From Candidatus Poribacteria bacterium (GTDB lineage Bacteria; Poribacteria; WGA-4E; WGA-3G): a stretch of 64,000 bases of DNA. The stretch's first letter is position 1. Every line of letters starts with the position of its first letter. A program made the translations under genes and the position numbers. The notes under the pieces were generated by a model. The model had not been told where the DNA came from. It did not search any database and saw nothing but the letters and a program-made list of their open reading frames with translations. Shown here one piece after another: positions 30,346-39,360 of this stretch. The stretch lies in assembly GCA_021295715.1 (NCBI GenBank), contig JAGWBV010000003.1:203043-267042 (forward strand). The letters are read 5' to 3'.

Positions 30346-30864
30346 TTAGTCCCTAACCTCCTTTCGGGAAATCAGGGCGGCTCCGATTAATGCAACTAAC
30401 AACAGCACAGAGACGACTTCAAAGGGGAGAAGAAATTGCCCATTCAGGATCAATTCGCCAATGCGTTCTGTTGTCGGTGGAAGCTCGGTGCCATCGTCGG
30501 TGAGATTCTTCCATGCGGGTGTATTCGCAATAACGGTTAAGAGCAACATAAGCAGTGCCAGCGCAACCACACCTCCGAGCAGAAGTTGCCCGCGTTCAAT
30601 ATGAACGCGCATCTCCAAGTGTCCGCTGGTCATCATGACACCGAATAAAATGAGGACGAGTATACCGCCGACATAGACAATTACCTGCGTTGCGGCGAGA
30701 AAATCAGCCTGTAAAAAGACATAAAGCCCAGCAACCCCAAAGAGCGTCACCATGAGCGAAAACGCCGCGTGGACGATGTTTCGGACATTGACAACAACGA
30801 GCGCGGACGCAATTGTCATCAGGGCAAATCCGTAAAAAACAAAGGTTTTGAGCGTAAATTCCAT
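30346..30864 (-). CDS. nuoJ: NADH-quinone oxidoreductase subunit J
   Basis: A 172-aa membrane subunit. ATG 30864 is fused to the repeat box. Confidence 0.85.
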   Translation of the reverse strand: MEFTLKTFVFYGFALMTIASALVVVNVRNIVHAAFSLMVTLFGVAGLYVFLQADFLAATQVIVYVGGILVLILFGVMMTSGHLEMRVHIERGQLLLGGVVALALLMLLLTVIANTPAWKNLTDDGTELPPTTERIGELILNGQFLLPFEVVSVLLLVALIGAALISRKEVRD

Positions 30865-31014
30865 ATTTTAATTTTACCTTGCGGAGAAACAATGTGCGTT
30901 TCGGCTTTTAGGTGCGTCGCTTATATCCGCCTGCGCCGTTGTTGCAGGCTACTGCTTCCGGTCTAACGAAAGCCTCTTTACTGACTGCTAATTGCTAATC
31001 GCCAATTTTACCGT
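30865..31014 (-). repeat. copy of composite intergenic element between nuoI and nuoJ
   Basis: ATTTTAATTTTACCTTGCGG at 30865-30884 is followed by the ATATCCGCCTGCGCCGTTGTTGCAGGC hairpin module, then CTGACTG CTAATTG CTAATCG heptads. Confidence 0.6.
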
Positions 31015-31734
31015 CTAATCCGCGGCATCCACTTCTTCGGTGCTACCTTTACCGTACATTTCTTGCTTGTCAAACTTAAAGATTAAATCCGACCGATCAA
31101 ATTTGGAGTATTCAATCCCGGCGAGCGTGTCCTTCATGGTGAGACACTCCGTCGGACAAACCTCAGTGCAAAGTCCACAATACATACAGAGGGACATATC
31201 GATATCGAACTGATCGAGATAGAAAACGACCGGATTTCGGGTGACAACCCGCGACACCTCGTCGCTGGAAAAAGTCTGGGTCCGATTCTCAATCCCGGAC
31301 GACTCAAGGCGGTCTACGACCTCCTGTGGACCTTGGCGAGAGGTAATATTCGTGAGGGTTATTGAATCCGCCGACTTTACCTGTTTATCGTCACCTTCAA
31401 TGAGACCGATGATTTCTCTGCCATCCTTGAGGTGCACAACATTCATGCTATCCCAGAGTTGTTCACCCTTGGGAAGTTTGGTCCCTGTGATCATAATGCA
31501 ATCAACCGGACAAATCATCTCACATTTTTTGCATCCGATGCAATCCTCAATTCGATTGTAGAGTTGCCCGCGATACCCTTTCGGAATCTCTCGAACGTTC
31601 CGTTTCTTTTCAAAGTCATGTTCATACGGGTATTGATGCGTGACGTTCGGTTCAAAAAACTGCCTGATCGTCACCCGCATCCCGACGAGAACGGTATAAA
31701 CGCCTCTGTAGATGTTTCGTATGTATTTGTCCAT
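31015..31734 (-). CDS. nuoI: NADH-quinone oxidoreductase subunit I (2x[4Fe-4S] ferredoxin-like), with a large insertion between the cluster motifs
   Basis: CIGCKKCEMICP and CMYCGLCTEVCP are separated by about 118 aa, versus about 39 in canonical NuoI. Confidence 0.85.
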   Translation of the reverse strand: MDKYIRNIYRGVYTVLVGMRVTIRQFFEPNVTHQYPYEHDFEKKRNVREIPKGYRGQLYNRIEDCIGCKKCEMICPVDCIMITGTKLPKGEQLWDSMNVVHLKDGREIIGLIEGDDKQVKSADSITLTNITSRQGPQEVVDRLESSGIENRTQTFSSDEVSRVVTRNPVVFYLDQFDIDMSLCMYCGLCTEVCPTECLTMKDTLAGIEYSKFDRSDLIFKFDKQEMYGKGSTEEVDAAD

Positions 31735-31880
31735 ATTTTAATTTTACCTTGCGGTGGAACAACGGATGCTTTCGACTTTCACGGCATTCCTTAAATCCGC
31801 CCTCCACTACGTTACGGGCTACCGGTTACGAGACTCTCCTAACCTAAGCTGCCACTTCCATATTCACTGACTGCCAATTG
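31735..31880 (-). repeat. copy of composite intergenic element between nuoH and nuoI
   Basis: ATTTTAATTTTACCTTGCGG at 31735-31754 is followed by the AAATCCGCCCTCCACTACGTTACGGGCTACCGG module, then CTGACTG CCAATTG TTAATTG heptads. Confidence 0.6.
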
Positions 31881-33155
31881 TTAATTGCTCATTACTCCTT
31901 GTGGTGCGGGACTCTGCGTGAGTCCCCTTCCAGCGACTTTATATGCGGCGATAAGTCCAATATAGATAATTGTGCAGCTAATGGCGGTGCTAATCACGGT
32001 GTCCTCTGGGAAAATGAGTCCCCAGATGCCAGTGCCTAAGATGTTGAAGAAGGCGATCGGGATAAAGTATTTCCAGCAGAGATTCATAAGTTGATCTACT
32101 CTCAAGCGCGGCAATGTCCATCTCAACCACATCATCAAAAAGACGAGTGCCATAGATTTGATAACGAAACCGGGGAACCCGCCGAGGATATCGTAACCCG
32201 GCAAAACGCCTTCCCAACCGCCGAGGAAAAGCGTTACAGCGATTGCGCTCACTGCAAACATATTCGCGTATTCAGCGATAAAGAAGAGTGCGAAGCGCAT
32301 ACCGCTATACTCGGTATGGAAACCCGCCACAATTTCAGATTCGGCTTCGGGCAAATCAAACGGTGTTCGGTTCACCTCAGCGATAGAAGAGATAAAGAAG
32401 ATAAAGAATGCAATAAAAGCAAAGGGTGTTCGGAAAATGAGCCAACTGAAAACGCCATTGGATTGACTTGCTACAATCTCCTGCATGCTTAAACTTTCGA
32501 CGAGCATAACAACAGTGAGAATGGAGAGACCGAGTGGGATTTCATAGCTGACAATCTGGGCAGCGGAGCGGAGCGACCCCAACAGTGACCATTTGCTATT
32601 CGAGGACCAGCCTGCCATGATCACCCCCATGACAATTACAGAGGAGATCGCCATTATATAGAAGATACCGATATTAAAGTCACTCACCAATATACCTTCA
32701 CTAAAGGGAATAGCGGCAAAGACAGCGAAAGAGCAGGCAAAAATGATATAGGGAGCAAGCAGAAAAAGGAGTTTATCGCCTTGTGGAGGAATAAAATCTT
32801 CTTTGAAGATGAGTTTCACACCGTCGGCTAACGTTTGCAGGGTGCCCCACGGTCCGACGCGCATGGGACCCGTTCGATTCTGGAAACGTGCGGAGACCTT
32901 TCGTTCTGCGAGCACCAACACCAACGGAAGTAGTGGGACAACTCCAACAAAAACGCCAGCACATGCGAACATGATGAGAACTGTGCCTATCTCCACAGGA
33001 AAATGCGAAGCAACCGCTTCCGGCAACCGCGGAATTACAACGTTCTGTATAAATTCCTCCGCCCAATTGAGCTGATTCTGTAAGTTTATATTGGGTAAGA
33101 AACTTTCAGATATGTTGAAGTCTGGGCGTGCAAACAGTGCCCTAAAATCCGACAT
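31881..33155 (-). CDS. nuoH: NADH-quinone oxidoreductase subunit H (with N- and C-terminal extensions)
   Basis: The conserved ERKVSARFQNRTGPMRVGPWGTLQTLADGVKL region is present. At 424 aa it is longer than the canonical length of about 330. Confidence 0.9.
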   Translation of the reverse strand: MSDFRALFARPDFNISESFLPNINLQNQLNWAEEFIQNVVIPRLPEAVASHFPVEIGTVLIMFACAGVFVGVVPLLPLVLVLAERKVSARFQNRTGPMRVGPWGTLQTLADGVKLIFKEDFIPPQGDKLLFLLAPYIIFACSFAVFAAIPFSEGILVSDFNIGIFYIMAISSVIVMGVIMAGWSSNSKWSLLGSLRSAAQIVSYEIPLGLSILTVVMLVESLSMQEIVASQSNGVFSWLIFRTPFAFIAFFIFFISSIAEVNRTPFDLPEAESEIVAGFHTEYSGMRFALFFIAEYANMFAVSAIAVTLFLGGWEGVLPGYDILGGFPGFVIKSMALVFLMMWLRWTLPRLRVDQLMNLCWKYFIPIAFFNILGTGIWGLIFPEDTVISTAISCTIIYIGLIAAYKVAGRGLTQSPAPQGVMSN

Positions 33156-33199
33156 CCAATCTCCTTATCTGATTCGGTAAACTTCGATATGAAGCGCGT

Positions 33200-34405
33200 T
33201 TACCGGTCGACTTCTCCCATCACAATATCAATGCTGCCGATAATCGCGATAATATCTGCGACCATTAAACCGCGACTGAGTTCTTGGAGTGCGCTCAAAG
33301 CACTGAAACAGGGGGAACGTCCCTTGAGACGGACCGGCTTCGGTGTGCCGTCGCTGACAATGTAGAATCCGAGTTCACCGCGCGGGGCTTCACTGCGGAA
33401 ATAGATTTCGCCTTTCGGTGGACGGACGGCTTTTAAATCTGCCATCACTGGACCACCGGGGAGCCCTCCCGCTAAAATCTGTCGGACAATTCGGACAGAT
33501 TCCTTCATCTCATCCATACGGATTTTGTATCGACTCCAGCAGTCCCCGACGACCGCCCCTAATTCTGGAACGTCCACAGCAACAGGGACATCAAAGTCGA
33601 ACCTGTCGTAAATAGAGTAGGGTTCGTCTCGTCGCAGATCCCAATCAACACCGGAACCGCGAAGGTTCGGACCTGTCGCGCCGTAACTCAGTGCCATCTC
33701 CGCTGGCATAACAGCGACCCTCATCGTGCGTTCCGCGAAGATGCTGTTTTTTGTCAGGAGTTCGTTATATTCGTCAATCAACGGTTCAAAATAGTCTAAA
33801 AATGCTTCGACTTCGTCCAAAAAATTCTGTTCTGTAATGGAACCCGGTTCCATCGGGATGATTTCGGAAACGCCACCGATGCGGATATAGTTATAGGTGA
33901 GCCGTGCGCCGCACACTTTCTCAAAAAGTAGGAGCAACCGTTCTCGATCCCGGAAGGCGTAGAGAAATGGGGTAAACGCGCCGAGGTCCATCCCGTAGGT
34001 CCCGAAGGACAGGAGATGACTCGCAATACGATTTAATTCACAGATAAGCACCCGCAGGTATTCCGCCCGTTCCGGCACCTCAAAGTTCTTGCTTTCATCC
34101 GCCTCCAACAATTTCTCGACAGCGAGACAGAATCCCCAGTTCTGGTTCATCGCCGCTATGTAATCCATTCGGTCGGTAAAGGGAATAATTTGGGGATAGG
34201 AGAGATTCTCGGAATGCTTCTCAAAACAGCGATGCAGGTAGCCGATGTGGGGGATTGCTTCCCGAACGACTTCACCATCCAATTTCAATTCCAGCCGTAA
34301 CACACCGTGTGTACTTGGATGCTGAGGTCCCATATTGACAACCATTTCATCGGCGAACGGTTTCAACTCTATAATTTTGCTTTCAGTCTGTGGTGTAGTT
34401 TCCAT
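33200..34405 (-). CDS. nuoD: NADH-quinone oxidoreductase subunit D (49-kDa subunit)
   Basis: It carries the MVVNMGPQHPSTHGVLRL signature. The ORF directly abuts nuoH (44-nt gap), so nuoE/F/G are not in this operon. Confidence 0.9.
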   Translation of the reverse strand: METTPQTESKIIELKPFADEMVVNMGPQHPSTHGVLRLELKLDGEVVREAIPHIGYLHRCFEKHSENLSYPQIIPFTDRMDYIAAMNQNWGFCLAVEKLLEADESKNFEVPERAEYLRVLICELNRIASHLLSFGTYGMDLGAFTPFLYAFRDRERLLLLFEKVCGARLTYNYIRIGGVSEIIPMEPGSITEQNFLDEVEAFLDYFEPLIDEYNELLTKNSIFAERTMRVAVMPAEMALSYGATGPNLRGSGVDWDLRRDEPYSIYDRFDFDVPVAVDVPELGAVVGDCWSRYKIRMDEMKESVRIVRQILAGGLPGGPVMADLKAVRPPKGEIYFRSEAPRGELGFYIVSDGTPKPVRLKGRSPCFSALSALQELSRGLMVADIIAIIGSIDIVMGEVDR

Positions 34406-34615
34406 TTTTCAATTTTACCTTGCGGACTTTTAATTTTACCTTGCGGTTAAAACAGGGTAGTTTGGTTTATGACGGTCTTTTCTTAAATCCGCTTTCCACT
34501 TCGTTTCAAGCTGCGTTTCTTTTTACGTAGGACTTACGCGTTCTCTCTTAATTTTTGGATTTTACCACTATATATGATACCACTTTTGCCGTTTAATGTC
34601 AAATCTGAACTGCCC
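34406..34615 (-). repeat. copy of composite intergenic element between nuoC and nuoD, with two tandem start-proximal boxes
   Basis: TTTTCAATTTTACCTTGCGG (34406-34425) and TTTTAATTTTACCTTGCGG (34428-34446) are followed by the CTTAAATCCGCTTTCCACTTCGTTTCAAGCTGCG module. Confidence 0.6.
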
Positions 34616-35101
34616 CTAATACGGCACGCGCATACCGCGATAGAATTCCGGTTCCTTATAATCCTTACGTAGCGGGTATCCGTCCCAATCATCGGGAAGC
34701 AAGATGCGGCGGAGATCGCTGTGTCCCTCAAAAAAGATGCCGTAGAGGTCATAAGCTTCACGTTCGTGCCAATCGGCTGTTTTCCAGATATGTGAGACGC
34801 TTGGGAGGTGCGAATCGGTTTTCGGAACTGTTGTTTTCAGCACCACGCTATGCCGATGCTGCATGGCATAGAGATGGTAGACAATAGCAAATTCTTCGTC
34901 GTTGGCACTCAAATCAACACCACTAAGGCACATCAGGGAATCAAATGCCAATGTGTCGGTTTCGGCGAGATATTGGCACACATCGGCGATTGCTGAGGGG
35001 GCAATACGAATATTCGGGTCACCAGCGAGTTCGGTGTCAAAACCGAGGATGGCTTCACCAAACTGTTTGGTCAGGACTTCATAGATTTCTTCTGGTTTCA
35101 C
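34616..35101 (-). CDS. nuoC: NADH-quinone oxidoreductase subunit C (30-kDa subunit)
   Basis: 161 aa with the conserved ADWHEREAYDLYGIFFEGH motif. Confidence 0.85.
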   Translation of the reverse strand: MKPEEIYEVLTKQFGEAILGFDTELAGDPNIRIAPSAIADVCQYLAETDTLAFDSLMCLSGVDLSANDEEFAIVYHLYAMQHRHSVVLKTTVPKTDSHLPSVSHIWKTADWHEREAYDLYGIFFEGHSDLRRILLPDDWDGYPLRKDYKEPEFYRGMRVPY

Positions 35102-35209
35102 GTATATCCTACTCCATGATCGCGATTACAAATCGCTCCTATCGTTGAACGAACTGGTATTTTAGGTAGTGGTTTCAGGCTTTCGGCGCAGCTTGCAAGC
35201 CGAAACTTG

Positions 35210-35779
35210 CTATGTACCTTCACCTTCTGCAGTTTCAGTGCCTTCAATCTCGTACCACTCCGTTTTGGTAAAGAGTCTCTTTAGGAAGGGCACGTGATCG
35301 CGTTTCGCGACAGTCTGGGTTTTAATTTTCTCTTGTAATTTAAGCAGCCCTTCAATGAGTGCCTCCGGGCGTGGTGGACACCCAGGCACATAAACGTCAA
35401 CAGGGATAACCCGATCAACGCCTTTGAGAACGTGATATCCGTGTTGCCAATAGGGTCCGCCGCTGGTAGCACAACTGCCCATTGAAATGACGTATTTCGG
35501 TTCCGGCATCTGCTCATAAAGGCGTTTAATTCGAGTTGCCATTTTGAGCGTCACCGTGCCAGAGATGACCATGAGGTCAGATTGGCGGGGTGTCGCACGC
35601 GGCACACCTGCCCCGAATCGGTCGAGGTCGTAGTTGGAAGCGGCAGTCGCCATAAACTCAATAGCGCAACAAGCAAGTCCGAACGTCATGGGCCAGAGTG
35701 CGGAGGAGCGTGCCCAGTTAGCAACGGCATCAACTGAGGTGACAATAACGTTTTTGTCCAGTTTCTCATCAATTATCAT
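35210..35779 (-). CDS. nuoB: NADH-quinone oxidoreductase subunit B
   Basis: It has the N2-cluster motifs GLACCAIE and [10 protein letters not shown], and VPGCPP. The likely start is ATG 35779 (GGAGGG upstream, 7 nt after the nuoA stop) rather than the overlapping 35863. Confidence 0.85.
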   Translation of the reverse strand: MIIDEKLDKNVIVTSVDAVANWARSSALWPMTFGLACCAIEFMATAASNYDLDRFGAGVPRATPRQSDLMVISGTVTLKMATRIKRLYEQMPEPKYVISMGSCATSGGPYWQHGYHVLKGVDRVIPVDVYVPGCPPRPEALIEGLLKLQEKIKTQTVAKRDHVPFLKRLFTKTEWYEIEGTETAEGEGT

Positions 35780-36179
35780 AACTTTCTTCCCTCCGGACGG
35801 ATTGAACTTCCAACTGCGTGGATCGAATCCACTCCAGATCCCCCTTTGCCCAGACGTATGCAAGTCCGACTAACAGGATCGCGATGAAAACGAGCATCTC
35901 CAAAAATGCGAAGAGCCCAAAGTCGCGGAAAACGACCGCCCACGGGAAAAGGAACACGGTCTCCACGTCAAAGATTAGGAAAATGAGCGCGATGACATAA
36001 AACCGGGTGTTAAACTTAATCCGCGTATCACCGATCGGATCTTCGCCGCATTCGTAGGGGATATACTTTTCGCCTGAGAATAGTTTGGTCTGCAGGAGGC
36101 GAGAGACAGTCAGGTTTAGGACGACAAATAAACAGCCAACAATCAAGAAGATTAGCACATTTGCGAAGTTAAAAAGCAT
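35769..36179 (-). CDS. nuoA: NADH-quinone oxidoreductase subunit A
   Basis: It is 136 aa with three TM helices and is the first cistron of the operon. Confidence 0.85.
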   Translation of the reverse strand: MLFNFANVLIFLIVGCLFVVLNLTVSRLLQTKLFSGEKYIPYECGEDPIGDTRIKFNTRFYVIALIFLIFDVETVFLFPWAVVFRDFGLFAFLEMLVFIAILLVGLAYVWAKGDLEWIRSTQLEVQSVRREESYDN

Positions 36180-36237
36180 TCTGGATTATCCTTGGGAACC
36201 GCGATGTAGCGAAAACTTTGTGCATGGATGACTTCAT

Positions 36238-36275
36238 TTTTAAAATTATATATCATTTTGCGCTAATTTGCAAGT
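36238..36275 (-). promoter_or_regulatory. candidate sigma70-type promoter of the nuo operon (TTGCAA-N17-TATAAT)
   Basis: On the minus strand the -35 TTGCAA lies at 36268-36273 and the -10 TATAAT at 36245-36250. The spacing is exactly 17 nt, about 60 nt upstream of the nuoA ATG. Confidence 0.45.
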
Positions 36276-36493
36276 AAAATTTTCAACCTGCGCGAGGGCA
36301 TCGTGTTCACTCCTGTTTTTCACGAAAACGCTTCTCCAGCATCTGGATTCAGTCCTGACTTTTGACATTCGCCACGTAGTTGTTAGCAACTGTGGGCTGC
36401 GGTGAGACAGGTAAAACTGAGGGATCAAACCAATCACCTAAAAAATTGTGTCCATGCATGCGCAAACTGAAAGTTTACGCTACAAAACTTGGA

Positions 36494-37270
36494 TTATTCT
36501 ATCGTTAGTGCGATCTCATTAGATACAAGCGATGCTTTCCCACGCCGCGCTTTGACAGGCAAGTAAACGTCCTTCACCTCATCCTTGTGTCTTTCTTCAA
36601 TAAACTTGAGTTGCTCGTTGTAATAGCTAACCGCGTCCTGCTTTGCGGCGGCTTGAAGATTCGGATCATTCTGAAGCCGCGCGAGATCGCGCTTTAATTC
36701 GGCCACCTCGGGGTGATCTTCAATTATAGATTCCCGGTAAACTTCCAAGTCAATTGCAAGCGTTACGGTGTAAGCACCGGATTGTAGCTGATAGTATCGC
36801 TGGATATCTTTCAAGGTCAGTTCCTGATTCATGTCCGCTTTGAAATCAAACCCGTGAATACACCGGACAGACTTTCCGTCGTGCGTTACATATTTCTGTG
36901 GGTTCTCTTGTGTAATCGCGCGTTTCGGTTCAACAACCTGTCCGTTCGCGTCCTTCACTGTTATCTGCGTGAAGGCACCCTTCGTTGCCACGCTAAAAGA
37001 AGGCACAAGCAAGTCAAATTTGCCGTTCTGAATATTGAGCTGAAGGGGAATCTCCTCCTTCGCAGCATAATTCGTCTTTGGGGTCGAGAGTTGGAGTTCC
37101 GCGAGCGGACGTGATGCTTCTTCCGTCTCTGTAGCAGCGGTAGGTGCTTCGGTTTCGGTTTGCATCGTCTGTAGGTTTCCGATGCACCCAGCAAGCGTCA
37201 GGACAAGTAGCAAGAGGTAAAAAGGAATGAATTTTGGGATCGTTTGGCTGACAAGATTACGAAGTATCAT
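36494..37270 (-). CDS. hypothetical lipoprotein
   Basis: It has a lipobox LTLAGC after a hydrophobic N-terminus. No family was recognised. Confidence 0.5.
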   Translation of the reverse strand: MILRNLVSQTIPKFIPFYLLLLVLTLAGCIGNLQTMQTETEAPTAATETEEASRPLAELQLSTPKTNYAAKEEIPLQLNIQNGKFDLLVPSFSVATKGAFTQITVKDANGQVVEPKRAITQENPQKYVTHDGKSVRCIHGFDFKADMNQELTLKDIQRYYQLQSGAYTVTLAIDLEVYRESIIEDHPEVAELKRDLARLQNDPNLQAAAKQDAVSYYNEQLKFIEERHKDEVKDVYLPVKARRGKASLVSNEIALTIE

Positions 37271-37289
37271 TTAAAACTCCTCATATATT

Positions 37290-38369
37290 TTAAAGCGTAA
37301 TGCCGAGTCCAGCTCCGGAAGGCACTTCAATAAATCCATCAACGATTTCTTCGGGTGGATCAATAAGAGACGCACGCCAGTCTACTTCGCCCCACGCGTA
37401 TTCAAGGATTGCAAAGTTCGGCACACTCGCCATGCATTGCACACTCGCGGCAGTCGCGACAGGACCACTCGGATTGTGCGGTGTTACCATGACGTTCCGT
37501 GCAGCAGCAAGGGTCGCAATTCTTTTCAAACCCGAAATTCCGCCGACATGCTTGACATCCGGTAAGATATAATCAACGTTTGTTTGGGTTAGCAACCGAT
37601 CAAAATCTGTGAGGGTTCGTAAACGTTCACCGGTTGCAATTGGGATACTAATGGACTGACTCATATAGGCGAAGGCATCAAGATTATCCAAGGACACGGC
37701 ATCCTCAATCCAGAAGAGATGCAAATCCTCCAATTCTTTTGCGACTTGGATGAGAATACCCGGGTTAAAACGGCTATGGCAATCCACCATCAAATCGATA
37801 TCCGCACCAATCGCGGCACGTATCGTGCGAATGCGATCAATTCCCGTGCAGATAGCAGGAGTCAGCGTTCCACGTGAAAGGTTCGCGACGGAAACATCGT
37901 CAAAAGGCGCACATTTTATGGCAGTAAATCCGTCAGCAACGGCGCGTGCGGCGTTGGTGGCAAAACCGGACGGCGTGCGATCGAGGGTCGCACGGTTGAT
38001 ATTGGCGTAAAGGCGGATTTTTTCTCGGCACTTGCCACCTAACAATTGATAACTCGGTATATCCAATGCCTTACCTATCAGATCGCACATTGCGTGCTCG
38101 ATCCCGCTGAGAGCGGTATGGTAGGAATGGCTTTCGGAGCCGTGGTAGAAACGTTGGTGAAATGCCTCCAATTGAAACGGATCCCAACCGACGAGCGAAG
38201 ATTTGAGTGTGTTAATGATATCTTGGATGCGCGTGTCATCCCTACCGTGGGAAGCTTCGCCAACCCCGACTCTGCCATCATTGGCATGGACTTTGACGAA
38301 GACCCAATTGCCGCGGTGGTTTACCTGAACGATCTCGGTCTCTATGTTTGCGATTTTTAGTGTGGGCAT
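37290..38369 (-). CDS. enolase-superfamily dehydratase/racemase (galactonate-dehydratase-like)
   Basis: MR/MLE-type N-terminus (KIANIETEIVQV ... VFVKVHANDGRVGVGEA) and barrel-domain acidic residues. The likely start is ATG 38369. Confidence 0.75.
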   Translation of the reverse strand: MPTLKIANIETEIVQVNHRGNWVFVKVHANDGRVGVGEASHGRDDTRIQDIINTLKSSLVGWDPFQLEAFHQRFYHGSESHSYHTALSGIEHAMCDLIGKALDIPSYQLLGGKCREKIRLYANINRATLDRTPSGFATNAARAVADGFTAIKCAPFDDVSVANLSRGTLTPAICTGIDRIRTIRAAIGADIDLMVDCHSRFNPGILIQVAKELEDLHLFWIEDAVSLDNLDAFAYMSQSISIPIATGERLRTLTDFDRLLTQTNVDYILPDVKHVGGISGLKRIATLAAARNVMVTPHNPSGPVATAASVQCMASVPNFAILEYAWGEVDWRASLIDPPEEIVDGFIEVPSGAGLGITL

Positions 38370-38459
38370 TTTTAAGGTAATGGAGCGGCGAGGCATAGGT
38401 GCCTCGCCTTACAGAATTTTTGGCGTCGCTTGCAGGTTTGCAAAACTTGCCACACAAAA

Positions 38460-39107
38460 CTACGATGCCGCTGCCCATTTCACACCTTGGGTGAGGAATT
38501 TCTGCATTCCGGCGCGCTCAAAGGTTCCGGGTCCGTGCCCCAAAGTGGTGTAAAAGACGCGTCCAGAACCGTAAGACCTGACCCATGCCATCGGGTGTGC
38601 CTTACCGAACCACTCAGCAGATGCCAACACATGAATGTGCGGATCGTGGGCGGAGATATAGATTTCATCTTCCACATCAAAATCTTCGACACCTTCGGTC
38701 GTAGGATGTTCGCTATCCTCAATATGGACAGTAAACGTTGAGCCGGGCGGATGCCAATTGGAAGCACCACCGATGAGATCCATTGCTTGACCACTGATCC
38801 ACCACGCGGTCCCGTGAATGCCGACCAGCCCCTTGCCGCTATTGACAAATTGGAACAAACCCTCTTCTTCAGCGGATGCTAAATCGGAGACACGGGCGAC
38901 GGAGCCGTCCGCTTGGCGTTCCGTCCGCGTGAAGCCGGTGCCAAAGACACACGCATCGTAGGAATTCAATGCCTCGGATGCTAAAATCCCTTTATCGTCA
39001 GTTAACGTCGCTGAAATATTAGCATCGTCGGCGAGAAAATCGTGAATGATGCTGGCACTTGCATTGAAACCGTGGTTTTCACCTGATAATACGAGAATTT
39101 TCGACAT
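38460..39107 (-). CDS. ThuA-like (class I glutamine amidotransferase-like) protein
   Basis: KGLVGIHG ... RVFYTTLGHG matches ThuA family motifs. Confidence 0.75.
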   Translation of the reverse strand: MSKILVLSGENHGFNASASIIHDFLADDANISATLTDDKGILASEALNSYDACVFGTGFTRTERQADGSVARVSDLASAEEEGLFQFVNSGKGLVGIHGTAWWISGQAMDLIGGASNWHPPGSTFTVHIEDSEHPTTEGVEDFDVEDEIYISAHDPHIHVLASAEWFGKAHPMAWVRSYGSGRVFYTTLGHGPGTFERAGMQKFLTQGVKWAAAS

Positions 39108-39360
39108 GAGAGCCTCCAGTGTAAATCAAAGACACATTGCGTCTTAATGGCACAAACAATTTGAAAACGGCACTAAATCCGCCGCTTACGATAAAAAATC
39201 GAACGCAAGAACTGCAATTTGTGGAGATAGTTTAATGGAAACTCAAAATTGTGTCAAACCAATTCTCAAAAATTTACCCCTTCAGAAAAAAATTGAACTT
39301 TATTAATGCCTCGTGTATAATTCGTAGCAATCTGATATTCCGACTACACGGAGATAGCAC

